DNA of 64,000 nt, from assembly GCA_037142615.1 (NCBI GenBank), contig JBAXAI010000005.1:64001-128000 (forward strand), given 5' to 3'. Below, piece by piece: positions 49,392-60,054 of the stretch. The position numbers were made by a program, and so were the translations under genes. The stretch comes from Spirochaetales bacterium (lineage in GTDB: Bacteria; Spirochaetota; Spirochaetia; JABEVK01). The notes beneath the pieces are model-generated. The model ran no database searches. It was not told the DNA's origin and saw only the letters and a list, made by a program, of their open reading frames with translations. Each line of letters opens with the position of its first letter. Positions within the stretch are counted from its first letter, which is position 1.

Positions 49392-50810
49392 CTACTTTGC
49401 CCGGATTCCCAACCGCTTGAGCTGCTCCAGCTCTTCTTTCTTGCCCACGTAGTCGTGCTTGAGCTTGTTGGCGTTCGACATGGCAGTGCGCACTTGGGTG
49501 ATCTCGGTCTTGATTCCCTTCACCTGGCCCCGGCTGTCTTTGGGGACTTCGGTCTTGAAGTACACGTCGAGACCGGCCATGCGCTCCACGGTTTTGCTGG
49601 CTTCGACAAGCGTCCTGTCGAACCAGTCGAGAATCTCGTCTTCTGTTTTGGCGTTCATGTTGGCAAACTGGGGACTGGCACGGTTCGCCATGGCGACGAG
49701 CACCCGGATGCGCCCCGAAAGCTCATCGGCCCACTTGGAAAAATCCAGTTCCTCTGTGCGTTGGGTGCTGCTCACCGTGTCGAAGAGCTCGATTTCGTAG
49801 ATGCGGGGTTTGTTCTTGATGCCCATCAAGCCACGGATCCACGCCTGAAACATCTCGCCCAACCCGGAAGCGGGGACCTCGACCAGCAGACTGTTTTCCT
49901 GAAGCTTTTTGAGACCCGACTCGAGGGCAATGTTGAGACTTCCCAGCGTGCGGACGCCCTCCATCAAACCCACCTTGGGGTCGGCGACGACCTTGGGCTT
50001 TTCTTTGACAACCTGGGTCGTGGTGATGCGGTGCAACAACTCGCTGCGGAAGTGTTCGGTGTTGGGCGCAAAGTCCTCGTCGAGCAGTTCCTTGACGAGC
50101 TCGCTGATGTAGGGTTGCCCCTTCACTGCGCCAGAGAACTCTTTCTTGATCTTCTTTTGCACGTTGTCGGGGTTGCCGACCACTTCTTCGGGTGCCAAGT
50201 TCAAATGACTCCAGAAGCTGTTGCGCAACATCAGTTTGTACTCTTCCCGCTTGAAGATCGACACCTTTTTGAGGTACTCCAGAATCTTGGTGGACTGGAC
50301 AGCGATCTGGGTTGGGATATCCTTGGCTAGACCGGCCGACATGGCATCGTCACCCTTGCGAACCCTAGACACCAACTCGGCCACGGCCCGGGTGTTGGTC
50401 TCTTGGCTGGCCTCGGAAAAGGCCTCCCAGCGCACAAACCGCAGAAACTGGGTGAGATTCTTCAACCGGGGCAACGTCATGTGTTCGAGGCTGAAGGAGT
50501 AGAAGTCGTTGAGGTACTTGAGTTGCCTCTCGAACGCATGCATTCGAATGCTGACCACCGTGGCCTTGGAGCCCTCAATGAAGGGCTCTACAGTGATGGG
50601 CGTGATTTCGGAAATCTTGTCTTCGTACTGGTAGGGGTCTTCGGCCAGAATGCCCTTGTTCTTCATCAGCGTCAGGAGCGAAACGTAGATCGACGTCAGG
50701 TTGCGAAAGTCGGCCTTGAGGGTCACCAGAGACGTCATAGTGAGCTCGTTTCCATAGTCGTTGAGGCGGGTTTCGATGTCTTGCAGGAACTCGTCGTCGC
50801 TCATGGGCAT
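49392..50810 (-). CDS. Hypothetical helical protein
   Basis: Long ORF with natural amino-acid composition; no motif recognised. Confidence 0.75.
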   Translation of the reverse strand: MPMSDDEFLQDIETRLNDYGNELTMTSLVTLKADFRNLTSIYVSLLTLMKNKGILAEDPYQYEDKISEITPITVEPFIEGSKATVVSIRMHAFERQLKYLNDFYSFSLEHMTLPRLKNLTQFLRFVRWEAFSEASQETNTRAVAELVSRVRKGDDAMSAGLAKDIPTQIAVQSTKILEYLKKVSIFKREEYKLMLRNSFWSHLNLAPEEVVGNPDNVQKKIKKEFSGAVKGQPYISELVKELLDEDFAPNTEHFRSELLHRITTTQVVKEKPKVVADPKVGLMEGVRTLGSLNIALESGLKKLQENSLLVEVPASGLGEMFQAWIRGLMGIKNKPRIYEIELFDTVSSTQRTEELDFSKWADELSGRIRVLVAMANRASPQFANMNAKTEDEILDWFDRTLVEASKTVERMAGLDVYFKTEVPKDSRGQVKGIKTEITQVRTAMSNANKLKHDYVGKKEELEQLKRLGIRAK

Positions 50811-50875
50811 TTTGAGATTATCTTAGGGTATAGACATGGCGATGTCAAAGCCCGCGCTCAGGCGCGGACTGTCGC

Positions 50876-51682
50876 ATGCCGAAAGTAAAGGCAATGGCTG
50901 CACGACTGACGGAACAGGAAATCGACCGGGCCTTGGCGAAGATCCGGGGAGAGTACGATCACTACATCGTCCACTACTTCAAATCTGCCGACGCAAAGAA
51001 CAAGTTCGACGACCGTTTGGCCCAGGCGCTGCGCGAACGGATGGACCTGACAACTTTCCTGGGCATCGAGATGCAGGTGGTCAAGACTCTGCTCGCGAAA
51101 GCCGCCCACGCGCGGAACTTTCCGACCGCTGCCCCGGAAGAAGCAGGAGCCAAAACCAACCGGGCCAAGCCGCGCCAGTCGTACGCCGACAGGGTGCTGG
51201 ACCAACTCCGTGCGCGGATCTCGCCGTATCCCGAGTTGGGAATCCCGGAACTTCCTCAGAAGAGTCTCGATGTCGACAAACTCTACGGCACGCTTCGGTG
51301 GTTTCGCCGGGAAATCTGGAACGTACTTTACCCGGTGATCGTGAAAAAGACGCCATCGCCCATGCTGTTCAGGGCCGACGACGACCTGGTGTCGCTCACC
51401 GGCGAAGGCGACCACTTTCCAAAAGAAATCGAAGCCTACGTCGATGCGCTGGAACACGATTCGAACTTGTCACAGCTCAGCCGTGCCCAAAACCGCTGTT
51501 TGCTGCAGGCGGCGCAGTTCTTGCATCGGCTGAGGGCCCTGCTCGACGGCGCGCTGGCAGAAAAGTCCCGCACCCGCGAGGAATACACCCAGGCCGAGGC
51601 CGAAAGTCTCCGGCGCGCGGTGGCGTTTTGCGACCGGGTGTTGGTCGACTTCCGTCTGCGCGACTTGAAAGCCCAAACCTGA
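50876..51682 (+). CDS. Hypothetical protein
   Basis: Natural composition; divergent from 49392-50810; start may be 50894. Confidence 0.7.
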   Translation: MPKVKAMAARLTEQEIDRALAKIRGEYDHYIVHYFKSADAKNKFDDRLAQALRERMDLTTFLGIEMQVVKTLLAKAAHARNFPTAAPEEAGAKTNRAKPRQSYADRVLDQLRARISPYPELGIPELPQKSLDVDKLYGTLRWFRREIWNVLYPVIVKKTPSPMLFRADDDLVSLTGEGDHFPKEIEAYVDALEHDSNLSQLSRAQNRCLLQAAQFLHRLRALLDGALAEKSRTREEYTQAEAESLRRAVAFCDRVLVDFRLRDLKAQT

Positions 51683-51698
51683 AGGGCTAACTTAGCCC

Positions 51699-53210
51699 AT
51701 GCGATGGTGGAAGTTCCCCTTGGTCTGGCTTGCGCTGGTGCTGCTTGGCCCCGTGGCGGGAGGCGAGTCTTTGGCTCCCTTGGCCCAGTTCGGCGACCGC
51801 GACACCAAACAGAAGCCCCTGGTGACTCTGGCAACTTCGCCGCTCCCCGGCGGAGGGTGGCGCCTTACAGCGCGCTACGTAATTCCACCGGGCATGCACC
51901 AGACGCTTCAGGAAGGCTATTTCGGGCTGGAGTTGGGCGAATTGCCGCCGGACTGGAGCGCGGCCCCAACCCGCTATCCCGACCATTCCGAGGTCATCTT
52001 GGGCCTTCCTTCGTGGAGCGGAACGTTTGAGCTTTCGCGCGACCTCGTCGGCGCTGCTGATGGGCCTCCGGCGGTGAAGGTGACCGCCCTGTGGCAGATT
52101 TGCTTCGACGATGGGGTTTGCCTGCCCCCCGGGCGCGTCACGTTCTTCGTGGGCCAACAGTTCGACTGGCTTTGGGCCCTGACCCTCGCTTTGCTCGGGG
52201 GGCTGGTTCTTAACCTGATGCCGTGCGTACTGCCCGTGCTGGCGCTCAAGCTGATGGCCCGGCCCGGGCGCCTGTCGTCACTGGCAACGGCACTGGGAAT
52301 CGAAACCGGCCTGTTGGTTCTCGGGGGCCTGACGCTGACACTTCAGGCCGGTGGCCAGGCTGCGGGCTGGGGGTTTCAGTTCCAGTCGCCGTGGTACAGC
52401 CTGGTGCTGATCGTGGTTCTGGTGGCGCTGGCTCTGGAGTGGTGGGGCGTGTGGCGACTGCCCGCACTGACGTGGTCGCGGGCCGTTGGCGCGGTTGGGA
52501 CTATTTCTAGGCCCAGAAAAGGTTTGTGGTGGGAGAGCTTTGGGACAGGCCTGCTGACGGTCGCATTGGCTACCCCCTGCACGGCGCCCTTCCTGGGGAC
52601 GGCTCTGGGTTTGACGCTGTCGGCCCCGCCTGCGGCGGCGTTGGCGGTGTTTGGTGTGATCGGCCTTGGCCTGGCGTCGCCCTTTTTGCTGATGGCGGGC
52701 CTACCTACGGGTTGGACCAACGCTTTGGCTCGCTGGATGCCCAAGCCCGGCGCGTGGATGTCGTGGGTCCCACGACTGGGCGGTGCGGCCCTGCTGGGAA
52801 CGGCACTTTGGCTGGGCACCGTGGTCTGGCAGCAGAGTTTTTCGCCTGCTGCAGGTGCCGCCGTGGAGCACCCGGCGGGCTGGGAGGCCTTTTCACCGGC
52901 GGCGGCCCGGGCGGCTGCGACGGGTGAGGCGCCCGTGTTGGTGGAGTTCACAGCGGCGTGGTGCCTCACCTGCCGCGTGAACGAGGCGGGGCCGTTATCG
53001 TCGCCGGAGTTTTTGGCCGCGGCACGCGCGAGTGGAACCCGCCTGTTCTGGGGAGACTTCACCGGGCCCGACGCGGGAATCACCGAGTGGCTGAGCGACT
53101 ACGGCCGGGCCGGGGTTCCTTTCACGTTGGTGCTCAAGAAGGGCTACCCGCCGCAGGTGTTGCCCGAACTGCTGAGTGTTCAGGACCTGTTAGCGGCCTT
53201 GGCCCGGTAA
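51699..53210 (+). CDS. dsbD: DsbD-family thiol:disulfide interchange protein
   Basis: N-domain QICFDDGVCLPP; TM NLMPCVLP and ATPCTAP; thioredoxin FTAAWCLTC. Confidence 0.88.
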   Translation: MRWWKFPLVWLALVLLGPVAGGESLAPLAQFGDRDTKQKPLVTLATSPLPGGGWRLTARYVIPPGMHQTLQEGYFGLELGELPPDWSAAPTRYPDHSEVILGLPSWSGTFELSRDLVGAADGPPAVKVTALWQICFDDGVCLPPGRVTFFVGQQFDWLWALTLALLGGLVLNLMPCVLPVLALKLMARPGRLSSLATALGIETGLLVLGGLTLTLQAGGQAAGWGFQFQSPWYSLVLIVVLVALALEWWGVWRLPALTWSRAVGAVGTISRPRKGLWWESFGTGLLTVALATPCTAPFLGTALGLTLSAPPAAALAVFGVIGLGLASPFLLMAGLPTGWTNALARWMPKPGAWMSWVPRLGGAALLGTALWLGTVVWQQSFSPAAGAAVEHPAGWEAFSPAAARAAATGEAPVLVEFTAAWCLTCRVNEAGPLSSPEFLAAARASGTRLFWGDFTGPDAGITEWLSDYGRAGVPFTLVLKKGYPPQVLPELLSVQDLLAALAR

Positions 53211-54308
53211 ACTTGCCAGACGCGTGGCCGCTCCGATGCCCCAGCCCGATTCCCGAACCTCGGGCTCGGTGATGGTCAGCGCATCCCCTCGTTGCAGCCC
53301 CAACCAAAGCGGCGAACGATAGGCCCCAGGCGCGGAAAGCGAGAAACGTCCGGCTTCGCCGCACACCAACATCCGCCGCCTTCCGGCCTTGTTTACCATC
53401 GACTCGGAAAGGACCCTGTAGCGGGACGAGTCCGCCGGTGGCGGGCCGGACGGCCTGAGCGCCAGCCAGGTGAACGGCAGTTCGCGTTTGTCAATTCCCG
53501 CCCGGCGAGCGGACTGTGCCACCAGATGGGGAACCTTCCACGTCAGTAGATCGTGACACGCGGCCCCGGCCACCAGCGCGGGGCAGGCCTTCTGGTAAAA
53601 ACAGGGCCCTTGCACGCCCCAGCCCCGGGCCACTACCGCGTCACGAAGCGCCAAGGCCTCGGCGTTGGGCCCGTGCGAGGCCGGCTCAATCAGCAGGACG
53701 ACGCCACCGGGGTTGAGTTGGCTGGCCAAACGTTCCAAGAAAGCGGCACGGCGCTCCTTTCGGTCGGGGGCCCCGGCTGCCAACTCGTTCACAAAATGGC
53801 CCAGCAAGATCAGGTCCCAGGGACCGCCGGCAGGCAGGGCGGCGTCCTCGGCCTGCCACACCTGTGTGGTCAGCTCGAAGCCGCCGAGGGTAGCCAACTC
53901 GCGGGCTTTTTGTAGGGCCGGTGCACTGCGGTCAGCGGCGGTCACCTTCGTCCAACCGGCCTCGAGCAACGCCATCGCGCCGGGGGCAGGGCCGCTGCCG
54001 AGGTCGAGGGCCCTGGAGCCACGACGGATATCGCCTTTTCGCAGGGCCGAGAGGGTCTGGGCGAAACTGACAGGCCAGTAGTACAGCAGGTAGGCCCCCA
54101 GCAGGTCTTCGCTGCCAAGGTAGCCGGCGCCGGCGAGTTCTCTGGTGCCGGTGAGGCCCTTCGACAACTCGCGCACACCAACAGCGACGCGGTCGGCCTC
54201 GGCGCTCGTCAGGCCGTCCTGGGGAAGGCCCTCGGTCGGCGCAGCTGCGCCACGGCGCCAAACCTGAAGGAGTCGGGGGAGCCAGCGTTCCAAGGGGGGT
54301 TGTGCCAT
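53190..54308 (-). CDS. Rsm22/METTL17-like SAM-dependent methyltransferase
   Basis: AYLLYYWP; ALDLGSGP; LLIEPA; PCFYQKACP..ACH; later LVC. Confidence 0.8.
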   Translation of the reverse strand: MAQPPLERWLPRLLQVWRRGAAAPTEGLPQDGLTSAEADRVAVGVRELSKGLTGTRELAGAGYLGSEDLLGAYLLYYWPVSFAQTLSALRKGDIRRGSRALDLGSGPAPGAMALLEAGWTKVTAADRSAPALQKARELATLGGFELTTQVWQAEDAALPAGGPWDLILLGHFVNELAAGAPDRKERRAAFLERLASQLNPGGVVLLIEPASHGPNAEALALRDAVVARGWGVQGPCFYQKACPALVAGAACHDLLTWKVPHLVAQSARRAGIDKRELPFTWLALRPSGPPPADSSRYRVLSESMVNKAGRRRMLVCGEAGRFSLSAPGAYRSPLWLGLQRGDALTITEPEVRESGWGIGAATRLASLPGQGR

Positions 54309-54355
54309 GCGCGGAGTCTAGCCGATTTGACAGACCCAAGTCCACGCGCGACACC

Positions 54356-56059
54356 TCACGAGCCTACTGGTCCCCTGAGAGGCTTCGCTTCCGCGTCGGC
54401 GGGTACGGGCCAGCGCGCCAAGAACGCCTTTTGCCCGCCGTCCTCGCTGTACTCCACCGTGCCACCCAGCACATCGAGGATGGACCGGCTGAGGTGAAGC
54501 CCCAGGCCGAGAGCGCTCGTGTGGGTAGTGAAATAAGGCTCAAACAAGCGCTTCTGCACCGACTCGGGCACGTGGGGGCCGGAATCGGCCACCCGCAGGG
54601 TTTGCCAACCACCGCTGACCTCTGCGGTCACTACGATCCACCCTTCCAGTCCCACGGCTTGAAAAGCGTTGCGAATGAGATTGCCGAAAACCTGAACCAG
54701 GCGCCTTTCGGGCCCGTAGAAGGCGAGCCCATGGGGACTCAGGAACTCCACCTTGAGGTGCGTCTTTTGGGCAGCAAAGGTTTCCAAAAGTGGCCGGATT
54801 GACGCCTGGGCGTTGAACCAGGCGGAGGGCTCCACCGACACCTGAAGCAGATGCCCGCGCAAAGCCTCCACGACGTGGGCGGCCTTTTCACCGGCGACGT
54901 GCACAATCTCGAGCAACTCGGCCGCCAGAATGGCCCACTTCAGCACGGCGTCGTGTTCTTCATCGGCAGGCCAGCCCGCCACTTGGTGCCCAATGGGGTA
55001 CAGCGCGTCGGTACTCAGCAGGTCGAACAGCTCGGTTTCAGGATCCCGGCCTGCCCGAACCCAAGCCTCTCGAAACCGTGCCTTCTCCTTGGGATTTCGA
55101 CGGGTGCTCAACGCGCTCGAGGCTGCCGTAACCTGACGCAGAAAGCCCACACGGTCTTCCAAAAGTTGTGGGTCCAAGCGCATCGACAGCAGGTGGAGCA
55201 TTCCGTCGAGCACCTCTTGGCGGAACGTCTGATTGGCCGACAGGATGGCCCCCAGCGGCGTGTTGAGCTCGTGGGCGATGCCCGACGTAAGTTGACCCAG
55301 CGTCGCAAGGGCTTCGGCGTGGGCCAGCTGGTCGCGGGCGGCCCGAAGGTCGGCTGTCCGTTCCACGACCTTCTCTTCCAGAGTTTGCACGTTGGTCCTT
55401 ACGGCCGCAGCCAGCATCCGGAGTGCCGACTCGACCGCACGGACTTCTTGGATCGAGCTCTTCGTGGTCAAGGCGGAATCAGAAAGGGTTCTGGGATCGG
55501 CGCTCGACAGCAGACCCCCTAGCCGGTGAATCGGGTCGAGCACGGAACGCCCGAGAACGAACGGCGTCACCACGATCAGCAACAGCAGGAAGACTGCACC
55601 GGCCAAGAAAACCGGCACCTCGAGAGCGGCCATTCGGACCGCTACCAACCTCTCGTCGGTGGTCATGCGGATGGACCCTGCGACGTCCTTGCCGAACATA
55701 ACGGGTCGTTCCAAGGTCTCGAGAGTAGGCCCGGAGCGCTCGTGCCGGTAGGCCAGAAGCTTCTGGTCGTTCCAGATCTCGAGGTTGAGGACCAACGGAT
55801 TGCTGGCGGCCGCGTCACCCAGCGTCAGAACGGCGGCCTCGTCGAAGTTCCAGAGCACCTTCGAACTCGAGCTCACCAACGAGTCGATCCACTCGACCGA
55901 CTCGGCGTGCAGCGAGGCTCGCACTTGCGCCTGAACAATGACGTGAAACACCGCAAACAGACCGGAACCGAGGACAAGCAGAATGCCGGTGAGGACCAAC
56001 GTGACAAAGGGTCGGAGCGGGATCCCTTCCTTTTGGAAAGACCATGGCAGACGTTTCAT
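54356..56059 (-). CDS. Sensor histidine kinase (NtrB-like)
   Basis: LGQLTSGIAHELNTPL; QVFGNLIRNA; ADSGP; LFEPYFTT; GLGL. Confidence 0.9.
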   Translation of the reverse strand: MKRLPWSFQKEGIPLRPFVTLVLTGILLVLGSGLFAVFHVIVQAQVRASLHAESVEWIDSLVSSSSKVLWNFDEAAVLTLGDAAASNPLVLNLEIWNDQKLLAYRHERSGPTLETLERPVMFGKDVAGSIRMTTDERLVAVRMAALEVPVFLAGAVFLLLLIVVTPFVLGRSVLDPIHRLGGLLSSADPRTLSDSALTTKSSIQEVRAVESALRMLAAAVRTNVQTLEEKVVERTADLRAARDQLAHAEALATLGQLTSGIAHELNTPLGAILSANQTFRQEVLDGMLHLLSMRLDPQLLEDRVGFLRQVTAASSALSTRRNPKEKARFREAWVRAGRDPETELFDLLSTDALYPIGHQVAGWPADEEHDAVLKWAILAAELLEIVHVAGEKAAHVVEALRGHLLQVSVEPSAWFNAQASIRPLLETFAAQKTHLKVEFLSPHGLAFYGPERRLVQVFGNLIRNAFQAVGLEGWIVVTAEVSGGWQTLRVADSGPHVPESVQKRLFEPYFTTHTSALGLGLHLSRSILDVLGGTVEYSEDGGQKAFLARWPVPADAEAKPLRGPVGS

Positions 56060-56115
56060 CAGTGTTAAGCATAAGACATTTCTTCGCACCCCGGTATGGT
56101 GTAGTGTGGACGATA

Positions 56116-57312
56116 ATGCCCGCCCGTTTTCCTGCCCTGCATAATCGACCCTTCCGAGCCTTCTGGCTCAGCCAGACTGTTTCGCTCACCGGTACGTGGA
56201 TGCAGAACCTCGCCCTACCGTGGCTGGCCTACACGCTTACGGGCAGCCCCTTCCTGCTCGGGCTGGTGGGAGCGTTCCAATTCCTGCCCACGATGCTGCT
56301 TTCGCTGTTTGCGGGGGCCGTCATCGACCGTCAGGTCAAGGTCAAGGTCGTTTTCGCGGCGCAGGTTACCCTGATGCTGGGGTCGGCACTCCTGGCGGCT
56401 TTGGTGTTCACCCACAGTGCGAGCTACCCTCTCTTGCTCGGGGTGGCCCTGGTGATGGGAATGGCGACCATGATGGATTTCCCGGCGCGGCAAGCCATGG
56501 TGGGCGAACTGGTGGGCAAGGAACTGCTGATGAATGCGGTGGCGCTGAACTCCTCGCTGTTCAACGCGGCCCGGATCGTCGGCCCCGCACTGGCGGGCTT
56601 GGTCATGGGCGCGTGGGGCATCGGTTGGTGCTTCGCCCTGAACGCGGTGAGCTTTCTGCCAACCTTGTTCGTCTTGTCACGGTTGCCTCGAAAGGTTCCG
56701 CCGGCAACGGGGGAGCCCCGACACCTGTGGAAAGACACCAAAGACGGGGTCAAGTACGTGCTCGCGCTCCCAGGACTTCGGAGTGTGCTGCTGGCGGTGG
56801 GCCTGATGAGCATCTTCGGCTTCAACTTCTCGGTGTTGCTTCCCGTGCTGGTGAAGCAGAAACTCGGGCTGGGCGAGACCGCCTACGGTCTGCTCATGAG
56901 TTGCATGGGCGTCGGCAGCTTCCTGGCCGCGTTCACGATTGCTGCCCGCAGTTCGCGCGGCCCCCGCGTGGCAATTCTGGCGTTGGCGCCTTTGGCAACC
57001 GGCGTCTTGTTCCTCGGCTTGGCCTTTGCGCCGTGGCTGCCCTTGATCGGGGGCCTGATGGTGTTGGTCGGTTTTTCCAACGTGGCCTTTTTCACCACGG
57101 CCAATTCGTACCTCCAGGTAACGACAGACCCTCGCTACACGGGACGGGTGACCGCGTACTACAGCCTTCTGTTCGGGGGCATGACACCGCTCGGCAGTAC
57201 GCTCGCGGGGGCACTTGTCGAAAAAGGCGGCCCCGGGTTGGGCTTCTTGGTGACTGGCTCGGTTCTCATTTTTGTGGCAGTCGTCTACCGGGTTGCGCGC
57301 AACCGGACCTGA
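56116..57312 (+). CDS. MFS transporter
   Basis: FRAFWLSQTVSLTGTWMQ; PARQA; AVALNS..FNAARIVGPALAG. Confidence 0.92.
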   Translation: MPARFPALHNRPFRAFWLSQTVSLTGTWMQNLALPWLAYTLTGSPFLLGLVGAFQFLPTMLLSLFAGAVIDRQVKVKVVFAAQVTLMLGSALLAALVFTHSASYPLLLGVALVMGMATMMDFPARQAMVGELVGKELLMNAVALNSSLFNAARIVGPALAGLVMGAWGIGWCFALNAVSFLPTLFVLSRLPRKVPPATGEPRHLWKDTKDGVKYVLALPGLRSVLLAVGLMSIFGFNFSVLLPVLVKQKLGLGETAYGLLMSCMGVGSFLAAFTIAARSSRGPRVAILALAPLATGVLFLGLAFAPWLPLIGGLMVLVGFSNVAFFTTANSYLQVTTDPRYTGRVTAYYSLLFGGMTPLGSTLAGALVEKGGPGLGFLVTGSVLIFVAVVYRVARNRT

Positions 57313-57366
57313 CCTTTGGGCGCTAGCATTCTTGCAATCCTCAGCGAAATAGTGCACACTCAAGGC

Positions 57367-57750
57367 ATGCTGGTTTTGGTGGCCGACGACGAGCCAACAA
57401 GTCTCCTCTTGATGAGAAGTTACCTCGGAGCTCTTGCCAAGGTGATCGTGCGCGAAAACGGGGTCGAGGCTTGGGAGGCCTACCTGGAGCACCGGCCGGA
57501 TTTGGTTGTCCTTGACCTCGGCATGCCGGGGCTTTCGGGGCACGAGGTGGCCCGGCGGATCCGAGCTACTCCGGACGGCCACCGGTGCCGCCTCCTGGCG
57601 ATGTCGGCAAGCCCTGCCGTCGATATTGGCATTACCGCCGCCGATGGGCTTTGGGATGGCTACCTGGAGAAGCCGGTTTCTCGTTCTACCCTTGCAAAAA
57701 TCGCGATAAAGCTGCTCAAGATTGTTGACGCGGACCCCTGTTCTCCCTAA
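57367..57750 (+). CDS. Single-domain response regulator
   Basis: LVADDE; DLVVLDLGMPG; YLEKP. Confidence 0.88.
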   Translation: MLVLVADDEPTSLLLMRSYLGALAKVIVRENGVEAWEAYLEHRPDLVVLDLGMPGLSGHEVARRIRATPDGHRCRLLAMSASPAVDIGITAADGLWDGYLEKPVSRSTLAKIAIKLLKIVDADPCSP

Positions 57751-57775
57751 TATGTCGGGCTAAAAGAAGGTTTCC

Positions 57776-58465
57776 GTGAAGATACTCCTGGAAGATGATT
57801 CCGTCGTCGTCATCGACAAGCCTGTGGGCATCTCCACCATTCCGGAACGCTTGGACCCGCAAGGGGCCTGCATCCGCAAGAGCGTCGAGGAAGCCATCGG
57901 CCAGAAGCTTCTGGTCGTCCACCGCCTCGACAAAGAGGTCAGCGGGGTTCTGGTGTTCGCCAAAACGGCCGAGGCCCACCGGTTTCTCAGCATGGAGTTC
58001 GAGCATCATCGGGTGGCCAAGACCTACCTCGCCCTTCTTTGGGGGTACCTGGAACAGTCGGTGGGCCTCATCGACAAGCCCATCCGCCAGTTCGGCTCGG
58101 GCCGCATGGGCATCGACGACGATCAGGGCAAAGCTTCCCAGACCGAGTACCAGGTGATTGAACGCTGGAAGGATCTCACCCTGGTCGAGGCCATGCCCAA
58201 GACCGGGCGTCGCCACCAACTGCGTGTGCACTTCTACAGCGCCGGGCATCCCATCGTGGGCGACCGCCGCTACCACCTGCCCCGTTGGACCGAACAACTG
58301 CCACGCCTGATGCTCCACTCGCACAAACTTCGCATCCGGCACCCGTCGGGCAAGTTCCTCGAGGTGGAGAGCCCTCCCCCGGTCGCTTTTGAAGACATTT
58401 TGACCAGTTTTCGCCAGCAAGCGTACCATGGAGTAGGCATCAAGGCCGTTGCCGGGCTGACATGA
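57776..58465 (+). CDS. RluA-family pseudouridine synthase
   Basis: IDKPVG; VHRLDKEVSG; TGRRHQLRVH; GHPIVGD; LMLH. Confidence 0.93.
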   Translation: MKILLEDDSVVVIDKPVGISTIPERLDPQGACIRKSVEEAIGQKLLVVHRLDKEVSGVLVFAKTAEAHRFLSMEFEHHRVAKTYLALLWGYLEQSVGLIDKPIRQFGSGRMGIDDDQGKASQTEYQVIERWKDLTLVEAMPKTGRRHQLRVHFYSAGHPIVGDRRYHLPRWTEQLPRLMLHSHKLRIRHPSGKFLEVESPPPVAFEDILTSFRQQAYHGVGIKAVAGLT

Positions 58466-60024
58466 AACACGGGTCGGCGCTCGCAGGCCTCGCGTTGCTC
58501 GCAGCGCTCGGTTCGCTGGTGGCCTGCACGACCGCGGGCGGTGATGGTTTTGCCCGCGACGTGAAGCAGCAGCGGCTGGAACTCCAACTCAAACCAGTTC
58601 CCGAGAAGCCTGCTGCCGGGCTCAAAATTGTGGCCGATCCCCCTACGGCGAAGATCTACTTGGATGGCCGCCTCGCGGGTACGGGAACCGCCCTGCTCGA
58701 CACCTCGGTGGCCGGCGCTACAACTCAGGTCGTCGTCGAGGCCAAGTCGTACCGACCGCGCCATGTGACGATCGAGTCAAAAGGGCAGAACGAAGTGCTC
58801 CTCGTGCAATTGGAGCCGATCACGGGCTTCCTGGTCCTCGAGCGGCCGGAAGTGACCAATGCGGACTTCTCGCTCGCGGTGGACGGGAACGAGGTTTCTG
58901 CCGGACCCCACACGGTGCTGATCGGCTTTCATACGGTCGCGTGGCGACAGTTCGGTTCGGTGCCCCGGTCGCAGACGGTGGTCGTCGGAGAAAACCAGAT
59001 CACCCGATTGTCGCTCGACCTGACTCCCGCAGAGTTTGCCCTCACCGATTTGGGTACCAGCCGCAGAGGTGCGTTCAATCCCGAGTTGGCGGGGCCCGAG
59101 GGGCAGGTCAAGTTCCGCTTTTCGGCCACTGGTCCGGGTTCGGCCCGCCTGACGGTGTTTTCGCCGGCGGGGGTTCCGGTGCGTACGTTCCTGTTTTCCA
59201 CGCTGACCTGGTCGCAAGCCGCCACTTGGGACGGCCGCGATGAAGCCGGGGCACTTTTGGAACCAGGACCCTACCGGGTGAGCCTGACCGGTGGCGGGCC
59301 CGCAGACCCGGAGCACCCTTGGCAAGAGCTAGTTGTGGGTATCGACGCGGCGCTGACCAGCTACCTTGCGAGGCCCTCGGAAGCCCCCACACCCGACGTG
59401 TTGGGCGAGGGGCTCGTGCAGGTGGGCGCCTGGGTCACAGGGCACTCCGGGGTGGTCGAGGGAGTACCCGTCACCCTACTTCCCTTCGGCGTTCGACTGA
59501 CTTCGGGCTTCCTTTCGGGCTGGGATTTGGCGCTTCAGTGGGATGCCGCGGTGATGAATCCTGGCGCGGGACTCTGGCGGGCAGGTCTCGAGCTCGGCAG
59601 GCGTCTGTTTCCAACCGGAAGTCTGTTGTCGCTCAAGGCGCTCGCTTCCGTTCAAACTGAACTGGCCGAGGGCGCGCTCTTCTCGGCTCAACTTGTCGCG
59701 GCAACGCCCGGCCCTTGGCGTTTTACGCTCGCCCCGGGTGTAGCGCAGTCAACCTCCACTGGCCAGACCTTGGCCACAGGGGCGGCGGCGCTGGCTTGGT
59801 CTGGCGGCCCGCTCACCTTGGTGACTTCGGCCAACGGCGAAGCGCTCATCGGCAACGGGCTGACGCCGTCAGGGCCCCTGCGCACCGGGCTCGAGCTGCG
59901 CTGGCTCACGGGTCCCGGAGGCCTGACGTGGTCGGCTCTCGCGACGGCCAACATCTACAGCCCCGACTCCTGGACTGTGTACGCCGGAATCGGCGTTGCT
60001 ACCCTGCTCGATACGCTGGATTGA
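58462..60024 (+). CDS. PEGA-domain lipoprotein with FlgD-Ig-like domain
   Basis: Lipobox LVAC; ADPPTAKIYLDG; TWDGRDEAG....PGPY. Confidence 0.7.
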   Translation: MKHGSALAGLALLAALGSLVACTTAGGDGFARDVKQQRLELQLKPVPEKPAAGLKIVADPPTAKIYLDGRLAGTGTALLDTSVAGATTQVVVEAKSYRPRHVTIESKGQNEVLLVQLEPITGFLVLERPEVTNADFSLAVDGNEVSAGPHTVLIGFHTVAWRQFGSVPRSQTVVVGENQITRLSLDLTPAEFALTDLGTSRRGAFNPELAGPEGQVKFRFSATGPGSARLTVFSPAGVPVRTFLFSTLTWSQAATWDGRDEAGALLEPGPYRVSLTGGGPADPEHPWQELVVGIDAALTSYLARPSEAPTPDVLGEGLVQVGAWVTGHSGVVEGVPVTLLPFGVRLTSGFLSGWDLALQWDAAVMNPGAGLWRAGLELGRRLFPTGSLLSLKALASVQTELAEGALFSAQLVAATPGPWRFTLAPGVAQSTSTGQTLATGAAALAWSGGPLTLVTSANGEALIGNGLTPSGPLRTGLELRWLTGPGGLTWSALATANIYSPDSWTVYAGIGVATLLDTLD

Positions 60025-60054
60025 TCGCCCTTCAAGTGCTACATTAGGCGAACC

